A DNA stretch of 64,000 bases from Octopus vulgaris. Its lineage: Eukaryota. The notes beneath the pieces are model-generated. The model saw only the letters and a program-made list of their open reading frames with translations, was not told the DNA's origin and made no database searches. The stretch lies in assembly GCA_951406725.2 (NCBI GenBank), contig OX597818.1, positions 100,378,001 through 100,442,000 of the forward strand, in the 5' to 3' direction. Positions within the stretch are counted from its first letter, which is position 1, and every line of letters starts with the position of its first letter. Shown piece by piece: positions 1-12,690 of the stretch. The position numbers and the translations under genes were made by a program.

Positions 1-95
1 GTTACGCACTGGTGTCAATCTAATCAACTTAATTCCTTTGTGTGTCCTTGTTTGTCCCTTCTATGTTTAGCCGCCTGTGGGCAATAACGAAATAT
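1..95 (+). mobile_element. 3' part of SINE family A, cut by the window edge
   Basis: gttacgcactgg...gtccttgtttgtccc...gtgggcaataacgaaata matches the tail of the copy at 44952-45479. Confidence 0.75.
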
Positions 96-747
96 ATATT
101 TACTCTGTATGGGAATACTGAATATTATTTTTCCTCTGTTGGCAACTGTATAGACTACATTAATAAGTTGCTGGGCCTTAGTAACAATGGTATCAGTATC
201 GTACAGTATGTAATTATGATATATTTGATGTTAGCATTGTTTCAAAGTTTCGCAGAGAATTTACTGAAATACTGCCGGAATTTCAAATGAAGACAGAGTT
301 TCTCCGAACTGTTGAGTCACAGCTGGCTTCTGTGCAGCAGAAACTAAAATATATGAGTGCGTGTAGTTTTTTCTTCTACGCGTGAACTGAACGTAGAATA
401 AAAAAGTAAATAAAAATAAAAGTTATATAGATAGGTAGATACGCATATGGACGAACATACAGAGATAAACAGAAAGACAGATAAACAGATAGCTATAGAT
501 ATTGATACAGATATGGAAAAGAGAACACGATATCAATATTGTTAGCTGTTCCCCAGCACCTATTCAATTTCATAAGAGTACTGAAAATAATTGTCTATAT
601 GTAATACGCATAAATCTTTACTCCAATATAATTGGATACCTCTGTCATAATTCTCGCTGTTGTGCAAAACACAGGTAAGGTACTGTTTGTGTAAGTTTCT
701 TTCTTTATAAATATATATTTATATGTATGTGCATATATATATACAAA

Positions 748-1037
748 CAATTTTTACTTTACCACACACCGAACTTTTAGAAATAGCAGCCAAAGAATTT
801 AGCTATTTCCTCTACTATAAGAAGAGTCTCCCAAACAATGTATACTCAAAAACAATTCTCGTAGGTATAGAGGGAAAAATAACGAAAGATCACACGTACA
901 TCGATTACTTGAGAACGCCGTTTCTGGATTAGTTAGATATAGAGATGCTAGAAATACATACCTATATCAACATTCCTGTCAACAGCCCAAGATTTCGTTA
1001 GTGGTAAAGTAAATTTTTTTGCTGAACCCTAATTATA

Positions 1038-1040
<3 letters not shown>
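748..1040. mobile_element. Dispersed repeat with short inverted ends, flanked by TA-rich tracts (possible PLE pseudo-LTR remnant)
   Basis: tttactttaccac is the inverse of gtggtaaagtaaa (1001-1013). The body is the reverse complement of 41290-41460, and both copies end in gctgaacccta. Confidence 0.55.
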
Positions 1041-1082
<42 letters not shown>

Positions 1083-1084
1083 TT

Positions 1085-1440
1085 TTCCTTTTATATTTTA
1101 TTTGTTACAGTCATTAAATAGGGCACGGTTTTGAAGAATTTTTGGTCAAATGAATGGTGACTAATACTTGATTTTTAAAGCGTGGTATTTATTCTATCTG
1201 TATTATTTGCCGAATTGCTAGGTTACGGAGGAGTGAACACACCAACACTCTTTGTCAAGCGGCGGTACATATATGAGACGGGATTCTCTCAGTTTCTGTC
1301 TATAAAATCTATTCACACAACTTTGGCCATCCCGAGGTTAAAGGAGAAGAAAATTGCCTAAGGTACCACACAGTGGGATTGAATCCAGTAAAATGTTTTT
1401 GGGAAGCAAGGTCCTTACCACCCAGCCGATTCTACGCTTA
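1085..1440 (-). mobile_element. Diverged SINE family B copy
   Basis: Alignable by eye to the reverse complement of 31040-31452. Confidence 0.7.
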
Positions 1441-1570
1441 TATATGCATGGATTTATATATATATGTGTGTGTATATGCATGGATTTATATATATATGTG
1501 TGTGTATATATGGATATGCATATATGTATATACATATATATACATACATATACATACATACACACATACA

Positions 1571-1617
<47 letters not shown>

Positions 1618-2857
1618 GGTTGTGTTCATTTCCGTATAAATGTGTAAGTATGCGAACAATTTATAAATATATCATTTTTTTTTGCATGTGTGTGTGTGTG
1701 TGTGTGTGTGTGTATACGTCGATATCTATGTATATATGTGTGCACACATGTAAAACCATATAATATAGATTTTAGTAGAAATACAGGTATATATGCATTT
1801 ATAGAATTTATCCATGTATACGCGTGAATATCCTTACATGCGTCTAAGTAGAGATATGAGATAATAGATACACACACAGACAAATCTAATTGCATATACG
1901 TGTGTTTGTGTGTATCAGTGTGTCCCTATGTTTATTTGTATGAAATATTTATGTGTATCTGTATGATTGTGTGAATGTGCAGACAATTGTTTGGGTCAAT
2001 GTATATGTGTACATATATCTTTCTTCACCGATATATACATTTATCATTCAGAATTCTATTTCCACAATAGGAACCAAGTTATTCAACCGTCTATAATTTA
2101 TTACTTATTTCGTTGACAGCTATACTCCATTTAAACAATAGATTATCTGGGAGTACATCTCACCATTACTCTGCACCACTAGCTCATCCACACCCTTATG
2201 TGGAATATATTGGAATTTTAAAATACCTGCAATTGTTATGTATCCCATATGCTGATTTTATTAAATTTATTAGAATCGCTACTGCAGCTCTTTAACTAAA
2301 CACTTCTACTCATGTTAACATCCATCAAATTATTTTAGTTTTATTTAAATAATGCATTATATTCATTCATACTCTTGTCTTTACGCTTGACTCATGTATT
2401 TGTGTATTTATTTATGAATTTATTTTATGCTGTTCAGTTTTATTGAGAGAGAACAGCATTTGCTACCCTGCATGGCTTATAGAGTTTATCTGCTTTCCAG
2501 TAAACCTTTTGCTGTTAATGTGATCCACACAAAATTATCATCTGTTCCTTGAAGAGGCGGACTTGTGAAACTCGTGTATTCACTGAATTTATAAATCACT
2601 GAAAGTATATACACGCACACTCACGCACTCACGCACAAAACACACACGCACATACACACATACGCACTCATACGCACACACATACACACGCATACACAGA
2701 ATCATAGTTTGAGCTTTCTATGAAGACTACACAGTAAGAAACTCCTAAATAACTAAGAAGTATTCAGCGCGATCTTTCAGTCTAATATTTGACTTGTTAG
2801 ATAGTATCACAATTTTGAAATGTCACGTGAATGTATTTTTGTGTGTGTGTGTGTGTG

Positions 2858-2957
2858 NNNNNNNNNNNNNNNNNNNNNNNNNNNNNNNNNNNNNNNNNNN
2901 NNNNNNNNNNNNNNNNNNNNNNNNNNNNNNNNNNNNNNNNNNNNNNNNNNNNNNNNN
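2858..2957. other. Assembly gap (100 N) within a (GT)n tract
   Basis: Run of N. Confidence 0.99.
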
Positions 2958-3019
2958 TTTTTATGTGTGTGTGTGTGTGCGCGGGCATGAATGCGCGCCA
3001 GAAGATGTTCATAATATAT

Positions 3020-3023
3020 AATG

Positions 3024-3087
<64 letters not shown>

Positions 3088-3098
3088 TGATGATGATG

Positions 3099-3163
<65 letters not shown>

Positions 3164-3260
3164 AATATTAATAATAATAATAATGAATAATAATAATGAT
3201 AATGATAATAATATTAATAATAATAATAATGAATAATAATGATGATGATGATGATAATAA
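3020..3260. repeat. (TAA)n/(TGA)n compound microsatellite
   Basis: Direct reading. Confidence 0.95.
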
Positions 3261-3608
3261 AGTTATACTAATTAATATGCGAGATAAATTCTTGACATAG
3301 AAATCTTGGTTGATCCGAGAGAACAGAATCAGACACCCAGCAGCAATTGTAATGGACTCTCAAAGAGAACAGAAAATATTCTCAAGTAACAAACAATTCT
3401 CCAGAATCACCATGCTGTAACGGAAACGCGGTCAATGGTTTTTAACCGAGGATGAAATAGCAAATATAAAAACACGTTTCTCTCTAACTTGAAAAGCGTT
3501 AGCACAACGTAACACAACGTTGATATTAGGCAGACATACATATCTTTGCCTGCAGGTGTAAGTTTGTGCAGAAAAGCGTGTATAATGCACACACACACAC
3601 ACACACAC

Positions 3609-3663
<55 letters not shown>

Positions 3664-4010
3664 AGCCGTAGGAGTGGCTGCGTGGTAAGAAGCTTGTTTA
3701 CCAACCACATGGTTCCGGGTTCATTCCCACTGCGTGGTCCCTTGGGCAAGTGTCTTCTCCTATTGTCTCGGGTCGACCAAAGCCTTGTGAGTGGATTTGG
3801 TAGACGGTAACTGAAAGAAGCCCGTCGTATATATGTATATATATATATATGTGTGTGTATGTGTGTGTGTGTGTGTATGTTTGTGTGTCTGTGTTTGTCC
3901 CGCCAACATCGCATGACAACCGATGCTGGGGTGTTTACGTCCCCGTAACCTAGCGGTTCGGCAAAAGAGACCGATAGAATAAGTCCCGGGGTCGATTTGC
4001 TCGACTAAAT
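3664..4010 (+). mobile_element. SINE family B (tRNA head, CORE-like ccttgggcaagtgtcttc segment, internal TA/TG microsatellite)
   Basis: A-box-like gtggctgcgtggt and B-box-like gggttcattccc; several related copies in the window. Confidence 0.85.
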
Positions 4011-4011
4011 A

Positions 4012-4059
<48 letters not shown>

Positions 4060-4160
4060 GATATTTATATATAAACATATAGTGGTGATTGTCGAAACGA
4101 CAGAAATTTGAGAGAAATTGTTTGAAGACAAATAGACATCTGCTTCATATGTACCTGTGT

Positions 4161-4164
<4 letters not shown>

Positions 4165-4231
<67 letters not shown>
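4165..4231. repeat. (GA)n microsatellite
   Basis: Direct reading. Confidence 0.95.
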
Positions 4232-4234
<3 letters not shown>

Positions 4235-4520
4235 GCACACATGTGTCTATATGTCTACATATCTTTGTGTGTGTGTGTGTGTGAGTGTATGTATGTGCGT
4301 ATAAACAAAAAGCTGAAATGTCAGTTAAGCATCACGCTCGTGCACAAGTTCATACACGACCACATGAAAAATGAACGGAAACACAAAACCCTATATACAT
4401 ATACACGTATATAAATATATTCTTCCAACCATATAGCCATATAGGTATTATACACGAATACATACATAAGCATACTTTTATATATAAATATGACCACGTA
4501 CATATGTGTGTTTATTTGTA

Positions 4521-4562
<42 letters not shown>

Positions 4563-5080
4563 CGCGTGTGTATTTTTCTGATATTTACATAGGCTTTCAA
4601 TTTTCTCTATTCATCAAGTCCAAACCAGTGCTCCGACAGTGCGCGCGGACACTGAGAATATGTATATATATATATGTATATATATGAGTGTGTGTGTATA
4701 TACGGTGGGAAATAGAGAGAGCGGTGCAAGTGTGGTTGTGTATGTGTGTGTGTGTGCATGTGTGTGTGTATGTGTGTGTGTGACTGTGTAGTTTATTAAA
4801 CAATCGATACACACGTCTTTACAAAGAAAATGGTGGTACTACACAGAAAGACAGGGTGAATGAGAAAGACAGAGAAAACGCTAACGCGGGGGAAGAGTTA
4901 GTAAGACACACACACGCACATACACATACAGACACACACACACACGCACAGACACAAGCACATAAATATTTTCTCATATGAATGCATATCCCGCCCTGAT
5001 TATATAAGGGGAAGTGTGAGATTGAGGGGTGACAAAAAGATCGAAGACTGGCTTCGTACTTCGTTTACATAGCCACGAAC

Positions 5081-5344
5081 TAAGAGATATATAATGTAAT
5101 TATAAGCGAGTGATGGTACGGTAACTATGTTTACTGTGCAGTTTCGTTGTATATATGATACATCAGCAGATAAATGTGTTGGAGGGCATTTACTTATTTC
5201 TCCTGAGATTTTGCGATCAAATCCCATTGGATTTAGGTTAAACTTCAATATAGACATCAATACAAATATCAGTAGCATGCTTCGTAGAATTGAGTTAATC
5301 AGTTGTGCTATTGGCGGAGGGAAGAAAAGGTCCAAATACATGCA
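5081..5344 (-). CDS. Candidate internal exon of a multi-pass membrane protein
   Basis: Acceptor tttctag| and weak donor |gttcgt bound an open frame CMYLDLFFPPPIAQLINSILRSMLLIFVLMSILKF...KCPPTHLSADVSYIQRNCTVNIVTVPSLAYNYIIYLL in non-repetitive sequence. Confidence 0.35.
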
Positions 5345-5582
5345 CTAGAAATCATATTTTTATTATGACAAACAGATAAGCGTTAAGTTATCGATCGACC
5401 TGCTATAATTAACAGGATAATATCTCACAACTCATGAACTTCAGTATAAATATATTGGGGGGAAGTGTCTTGCTTGCATTATATACGTGAAACGATCAGG
5501 AGATGACTGCAGCTCTCATCATAGGTCAACATCTGGATTGCCCCATAACAATACAATATTCAATATTATAGAAATGTAAGAG

Positions 5583-5955
5583 AATGAGCTGGCAGAATCG
5601 TTAGCACACCGGACAAAACGCTTAGCAGTATTTTATGTCTTTACGATGCGAGTTCAAATGCTGCCGAGATTGATTTTGCCTTTCACCTTTCAAGGTCGAT
5701 AAAATAATTAACACCTGAACACTGGGGGGTCATTTAATCTACTCAACTCCACCACCAAAATTGCTGGCTTTGTGCTAGAATTCGAAAACAATATACTTTA
5801 CGACACAAGGCCGCGAGCTGGTGGAATCGTTACTATGCCTGGCCAAATGTTTAGCGGTATTCCGCCTATCTTTACTTCTGAGTTCAAATTCTGCCGAAGT
5901 GGAGCATCTTTTAATCCATTCGGGGTCAATAAAATAAGTAGCAGTTGAGTACTAG
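5583..5955 (+). mobile_element. Two adjacent diverged SINE family A copies
   Basis: gagctggcagaatcgttagc and gcgagctggtggaatcgtt heads; gagttcaaat B-box; cggggtcaataaaataagta central motif. Confidence 0.75.
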
Positions 5956-6459
5956 TGGGAGAATAGGGTATCTCCTTTCTGGGATTCTGAAGGAGGATCT
6001 GTGGTTGGAGAGGCGCTGCTTAAACGAGTTACCGGAAAATCCGATGTACTGTGGGTGTTGGCGATCTTGATTTTGACGATGCTGCTACCGCTGTTATTGG
6101 TGCTGGTGTTGCTGGTGTTGGTGTTGGCGTCATTAAAGGTGGTGCTGGTGCTGGCGTCGGTGCCGGCAATAGTGGCGTAGGGGACATCATCAGTGATGGT
6201 GCGGCTATTAGTGGTGTTATGGCCATTGTCGTTGGGATTGTTGGAGCTGTTACTGGAGCTATCATGGTGGATGATACCCGTCGCTGTTGTTATTGATATC
6301 TTTGGCGATTGTGGTGCCGCTATTTCTCTTCGGGACGCTGGCGTTGCTGGCGATGCTGCCGCTGCTATTTCTGTTAGGATTGCCGCTGTTGGTGCTCTCA
6401 CTTTTACTACCGTAGTAGTCGTTGGGAAAGCTACTGCTCTTTCTGCTGCTATTGGGTTC

Positions 6460-7090
6460 GACTATCATTTGAGCCTCATAGACAACCACCTTGGTTTCAC
6501 AATGGTCTCCTACTGGGCATGTGTTGTAGACCCTGTATGAGCATCCTACCTCTACTCATGGCATAGAGATGTTAACTAGAATGCTCTTAATATTGGTGGC
6601 GCAGCTAAAAAAGACACTTAGGTTGTGTCTGTTAAAAATGTGTCCGTACCTACGTAAACGTGTGAAGTGTTTATCTAGTAGCCTAAGGAATATCCTACCT
6701 ACACATGCGTTTACGTTCACTCCTTAAAAGATGGTCAGGGCGTCATCGCTGTACAGTCCAAAGAGGATAGACGGGGATTTCTTCTTAAAGGTATCGACGA
6801 TATACAACCTGATGAGGTTGCTTATATTAGCGCTATCATAGTCCTCCATCGCTACGTCGAAAGAGCCTATGGGTTCGGATTACTTGACCTAGGTAGCACC
6901 TTTATAGAACAGCACTATTTTTCTGGCATCCATAATGATACCTATGTCGCTGTCGCTTATGTCAGTGAAGCCCCTATCAAAGGAAATTGCCCTGACCAAT
7001 AGCAATTTTTATGCAGACGGGTAAAAATCGACGATGTCGAACTGGGTGAACCTCGTTCTGCCTCTCCTCTTGTTGTTATTAAACCATAAC
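6460..7090 (-). mobile_element. Penelope-like element fragment: RT core, internal deletion, linker, start of GIY-YIG region (pseudogenised)
   Basis: My translation in one frame with stops: FTQFDIVDFYPS...SFDVAMEDYDSANISNLIRLYIV...GLYSDDAL...VGRIFLRLLDKHF...IFNRHNLSVFFSCATNIKSI...GCSYRVYNTCPVGDHC...VVYEA. Confidence 0.8.
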
Positions 7091-7288
7091 ATCATCTACA
7101 CCATAGGGAGCGGTTATAAATATGAATATATATATATGCTTCTAGTAATCTTATAACATAAAGAGTATATATATCGTTCAGGACATTATATAAGCATTAG
7201 ATAATTAAAGCCCATAAAATGTTCAGAAGAAAATTCTACTTATTATGTAATCATACAACACTCTGCGCACATCTATATGTATATTTTA

Positions 7289-7320
<32 letters not shown>

Positions 7321-7998
7321 ATGTATATGTCTGTGCATATTTATATGTATACATTCATACATGTAGATATGTGTTCATATGTATGTATGTGTACCTGAAT
7401 ACGAAAATACAAACTTAAGATTTTTTTTTTTTGCATTTAGAAAGTGAGTATTTATACTTTTATCGATTACGCTATTGACGCATGTACAATCAATTTAATA
7501 TTTTATATTATTCAAATATATTTTGACGATATAGGTAACCACATTAACCGCGTTCCCAGGGGTAAAGCATCTCAGTAAATATTTACAAAACTATCGAGAT
7601 GTATGTCTGTATGTCCGAATTGAATTACCGTTAATGCGATTTTAATTCTTCAGGTTATTAACGTCAAACTCTTTGTAAATTTTTACTACATTTAGATCAG
7701 TTTGATCTCTGAACCTTATGCAGTGTTGTACGCGCACATTGCACCATTTATATTATCTAATTGAAATTTACTCGATCTTAGTAGCAATGTTTATATCATC
7801 TATTATTTTAGTATATATTATTTCAGTATCTATCAACATTTCTTCTAGTACGTTCGTGGAGATTTTGTTATGTTACTAGCCATGTTCTGAAAAATGATAG
7901 TGCATAATTCGTTTAAATCACTGGATATATATATATATACATATATATATATACACGGTTGGAAGAGGATACGTGGCGTTCAATCATATAATAATATA

Positions 7999-8050
<52 letters not shown>

Positions 8051-8107
8051 GCATATATACATACGTAAATGTACATTCTTACATCTATACGTATATATTT
8101 ATATTCA

Positions 8108-8469
8108 TATGTGGGTATAGGACGTCACGAAACGTGTGCAACAAAAAATACGAAGTGCGAGTACATGAAATATGAACTATTTTTTCGAACAACGAAGGAC
8201 TCAAATGGAAAACTAGACAAACAACGCAAAGAACGAACCTTTATGAGTTATTGGCTGTTTTTCTACTCTCGTATTTCGCGCATTTAACAAGATACGCTTT
8301 CGATAAAACAGTTGCTCCCGCAAAGCAAAGTAAATACAATTTTGTATTTAACGGTGGGTCAAAATTGTTAACACAAACAGGAAAGTGAAAATAAAATGGA
8401 ACGGCTGCTACCTGTTTCGTTGTTCGAAAAATTTGTTGTACACGTTTCGTGATGTCCTGTGCCCACATA
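8108..8469. mobile_element. Element bounded by imperfect inverted repeats of about 40 bp between TA-rich tracts
   Basis: tatgtgggtataggacgtcacgaaacgtgtgcaacaaa pairs with tttgttgtacacgtttcgtgatgtcctgtgcccacata; inner pair ttttcgaacaacgaa/ttcgttgttcgaaaa. Confidence 0.7.
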
Positions 8470-8517
8470 CGCATATATAGATGTAACTATGTAGATATAC
8501 GTATGCATATACATATA

Positions 8518-8567
<50 letters not shown>

Positions 8568-8624
8568 CACAATATCTCAATGGGTTGAGGTTCACTACAG
8601 CTGTTTCAAACGTGCTTTTTATTG

Positions 8625-9170
8625 ATGAAAGGCGTTCTGTTGTGCGTATGGTGGGACTGTGAAGGGATTATCCATTACTAATTGCTTGAATGGAACTAAA
8701 CGATCAACGCGGAACTCTATGTTCAACAGATGGAATGACTCAACACGGGTATTCAAGAGAAAAAGGCATAATCGGCAGCTTGGAGTACTGCTGCACGACA
8801 ACGCCGGCCCTCATATCGCAAATATGATTAAGGAAGCCATTTAAACGCATGGATAGGAAGTGCTGCCACACCCAACGTACTCTCTTGATTCGGCACCAAC
8901 GGATTTCCACCTCTTTCAATCTCTTTCAAATGCTATGCGCGGAGTTAGGTTCAATACTGATGCAGAATTGAGGGCTTATTGGATCAACTTTTCGAGTCGA
9001 AATCGGGTGATTTCTACTAACAAGGTATTGAAAATCTTGTTGAACGTTGGGAAGAAGTTGTAAACAACAAGGGTGAATAGATTATTGATTAATTAGTTGT
9101 TATTTTTGATTAAAGCTTTTAAAAAATTTAAATTTAAAAAAACCGTGGGAATTTAGTTGCCAACCTAATA
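8625..9170 (+). mobile_element. Mariner (DD34D) transposon 3' half with right TIR, transposase pseudogene
   Basis: LCVWWD, LLHDNAGPH, LPHPTYSLDSAPTDFHLF and LVERWEEVVNNKGE motifs with stops and a frameshift; ends ttagttgccaacctaa+TA. Confidence 0.92.
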
Positions 9171-10084
9171 CTTAATACTACCACTACATTCTCAAAATTT
9201 CATTCACACCATAAAACCTATTTGGGTGAAAAGCACATGGAATCTACGTTTCCACATTTTCCATTTGTAATGACAAAATATGAACTCCTACCGGAATTTA
9301 CATAGCATGGAAAAGAAATATTTCTTCCACTCATACACACCACGTTCCTTGGATTATGGGACTGCAACTATAACATACTACATATAACTCCTTACATTGA
9401 ACCCTACTTATTTCCCTCTATTTAACCATCTCATATCGTCTATGTTGGAGGGAGATATCCAATATCCCAGAAACAGCTGTAATATTAACTTTCTCTTTAT
9501 AAATGTCCTGAAAATTCCACACAGCCTTTGGATTTGTCTCATTTTAATACATACATACATACACACACATACTCATATATATATGTTTGTGTGTGTGTGT
9601 ACTATGTATGTGTGTGTGTGTTTGTTTGTGTGTGCCTGCGTGTATGTGAGTGTGTGTGTGTCTGTATCTATGTACCCATCTATATATGTATGTATGGATG
9701 CATGTATTACGTTGTCAGATAATTTTGTTTGTCGTTTTCTACTTGTTACTGCATTGCGTAGGTCTAAAAAGAGGTAAAATTTATTCAAATCTCAAAAACG
9801 ATGAACAAAATTTTTGAAGGAAATATAGAGCAACAAACAACCATAAAAACTCTACGATAAAAATATTATTTGTTTATTCAAATAACATCAGAAAAGATTA
9901 ATATGAATGCCTAAAGTAAACATTAAATAAATGAAACGAACGAATTTATTAGACAAGCAAAAATATGTATACATACAAACGAATCAAACACACACACGTA
10001 CGCACGCGTACTATCATATACACGATATGTAAGTAATTTTCTCCATATTTAGTTTCCATATTCTACAGTCTATGAATTCCATAT

Positions 10085-10507
10085 ACTTTTCTACTCTAGG
10101 AACAAAACTCGAAAGTTTGGGGGTGGGGGAGTCGATTGGATTGATCTCAGTACGCAACTGGTACTAACGTTATCGACCCCGATAGGATAAAAGGCAAAGT
10201 CGATCACGGAGGAATTTGAACTCAGAGGGAAAAGACAGACAAAATACCGCTAAGCATTTCGCCCGGCGCACTAACATTTCTTATAACTCACAAGGGAATA
10301 AATATAGAGGGGAGAAACAAAGACAGACAAAGGAATTAAGTCGATTACATCGAACCCAGTGCGTAACTGGTACTTAAATTATCGACACCAAAAGTATAAA
10401 AGGCAAAGTCGACCTCGTCGGAATTTGAACTCAGAATATAACGGCAGACGAAATACTGGTAAGCATTCGGCCCGGCGTGCTAATGTTTCTGCCGGCTCGC
10501 CGCCTTT
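10085..10507 (-). mobile_element. Dimeric SINE family A insertion with TSD
   Basis: Two body units and one head; flanks tatgaattccatat and tatgaattcgatat. Confidence 0.8.
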
Positions 10508-11257
10508 ATGAATTCGATATTCTATGGTCTATACATTAATTCATTCTTGGTTTTGTGATGCTTGAAGAAAATGCACATCATTTGTTTATTGAAGTACACA
10601 TATATATATATGTAAATGGGCAGTATTTTGTATTGCTAACGATTTTTTTTCCGTAGAATTCGACAGAAATTAAAATTTGAAAATATTTCCTATGAAATTT
10701 TATAGATCATACTATTTCTGGAGAATAGATATTTAAATAACCTAAAATTTTAACTTTTACATAGCCACATACGATTTTTTAAAAAAGATTTTCCTTAATT
10801 TAAATTCATTTTGATTGGTTCATGTAAAGTTGAAGTTGCGAAGTACATTTTGTAAATATTTTTACTCCGAATTTTCTACTACAATGATTTGAATTTTAGA
10901 TTTGACGAAAATATTTCACAATTTGAAATCTTCCATTATTACATAAATTATTGCATGTATAAAAAAAATAATTATTGAAATTGGTTTTGTACGGTTTTCT
11001 AGTCCATATTTTCAGCTTAACTCCTCAAATTGGCGTTAATTTTTCTTCACTAAATTTTAGCTTTCATATTGACAAGAAGCAAACTTCCGGAAATAACATT
11101 TACGCAGGTCGATTGAAGATCTGTCATATGTAGTATATGTGTTCTGTACATATTCGTGTGTATGTCTATATAGATATACATATATGTATATATAGTTACA
11201 TTCATATACATATATACATATATGTATATATATATAACATGTATATGTATGTGTGTG

Positions 11258-11288
<31 letters not shown>

Positions 11289-12519
11289 ATGAAAGGATAC
11301 AGAAATAGATACTGAGTGGGTTAGAAAGCTCAGAGTTTGTCAAATAACTTACAGCTAAATACATTAATCAATCATAGTCATATTTGTACATGCTACCATT
11401 GTATTTGTATATAATCTCCTAACAAAATGTCAAGTACTTTCATATATTATAACCATCTTCAGGGAAATGTGTATGTAATGGTATCAACAATCAAGAAATG
11501 CCTGTCACACCTGAGAAATATTGTGGAATGGTTACTTTATTGCCATTAAATATCTTGAGTTGGTACCAGAAGACTGAAGTTTACTAACGCTAGCTTAACT
11601 TAGCGTGCAGCTTAGACGCTAAGGTTATGCAGCTTAGAAACATTGTTGACATTGACTGCGCTTATTCATATTTTACGCTCTTAGCGTCATCACCAGAAGG
11701 TTAGACAACAATATTGAGTAACATCTAAACTGCTGGTCTTCTGCCAAAAGTGGAATAATATATTCACAGAGTTATCAATTCAGAAGTGAGTGGAACTACT
11801 CAGTATTACTCTCTTTCTTTTCTTTTATTTTCCCTTCAGACATAATGTTTGGAAATAGAAATATTGGTTTCAAATTTTGGTAAAATTTCCGGGCAGCAGG
11901 CTAACAGTTTACATCAACCCAATATAAATTTTACCAATTATGAGCTTTCGTTGAGCAGTATTTTACAACCTGTTAAGACCTACATTTCGAGTTCGTGTGT
12001 GTGTTATTACTGGGTATCCACAATTTTGCTTTCACGTATCTCTTCCGATCAGTTACATTTGCATATAATTCAGCTCTTAATTTCAAAGTACTTTCTATCG
12101 CTGTTATCTAATTCACAAGCTTTGACAGATGAAGTTGTAAAGATCTTATCGATATTGCACTTCTCGTGTTACGAATCCTAGCTCATGAAGCTTAGTCCCA
12201 CGACAGTGACACAAACGAATCCGAATGCTTAAAAATATTTTGGTAGAATTCTAAAGATAGAATGCGCGTGGAGAACCTGCATATTTGTCAGCGGATCACA
12301 GATATCCCAACCTGTTTTTACTAAAAACTTTCAATTGGTGTGTCTGGAGTGATTGTATATATTTTTGACTGAATTTTGTATTCTACAAACTATTGTCTCT
12401 TTCTCTCTGTCTCTCTCTGTCTTTCTCTGTCTGTCTCTGTCTGTCTGTCTCACTCCCTCCACACACACACACATAAACACATGTATATATACATGCAAAC
12501 ATACGTATATAATTTCAAA

Positions 12520-12690
12520 AATATAATTTCGGGGGAGTGGGAAAGTCGATTACATCAGCCCTAGTGTTCAACTCGAACTTATTTTATCGATCCCGAAATG
12601 GTGAAATACAAAACCGACCTCGGCCGAAATTGAACTCGGAAAAGAAAACGGAGGAAATGCTTTCAAGTATTTTGCACGACTTTACAACGA
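12520..12690 (-). mobile_element. Diverged SINE family A
   Basis: ttttatcgatcccgaaa...cgacctcggccgaaattgaactc. Confidence 0.6.

Noticed and set aside
1338-1895. Many ORFs rich in YI/CV/HT repeats here and across the window
   Set aside because: Translations of (TA)n, (TG)n and (CATA)n microsatellites
2545-2585. TTGAAGA...GAAACTCGTGTA hammerhead-like motif
   Set aside because: No stem I or stem II complementarity
6809-6815. CTGATGA hammerhead core (also near 20790 and 25096)
   Set aside because: Inside RT or SINE sequence, with no stem II/GAAA/stem III arrangement
11430-11470. Minus-strand CTGAAGA...GAAAGTACTT hammerhead-like motif
   Set aside because: Stems I and II do not pair convincingly; at most a decayed relic
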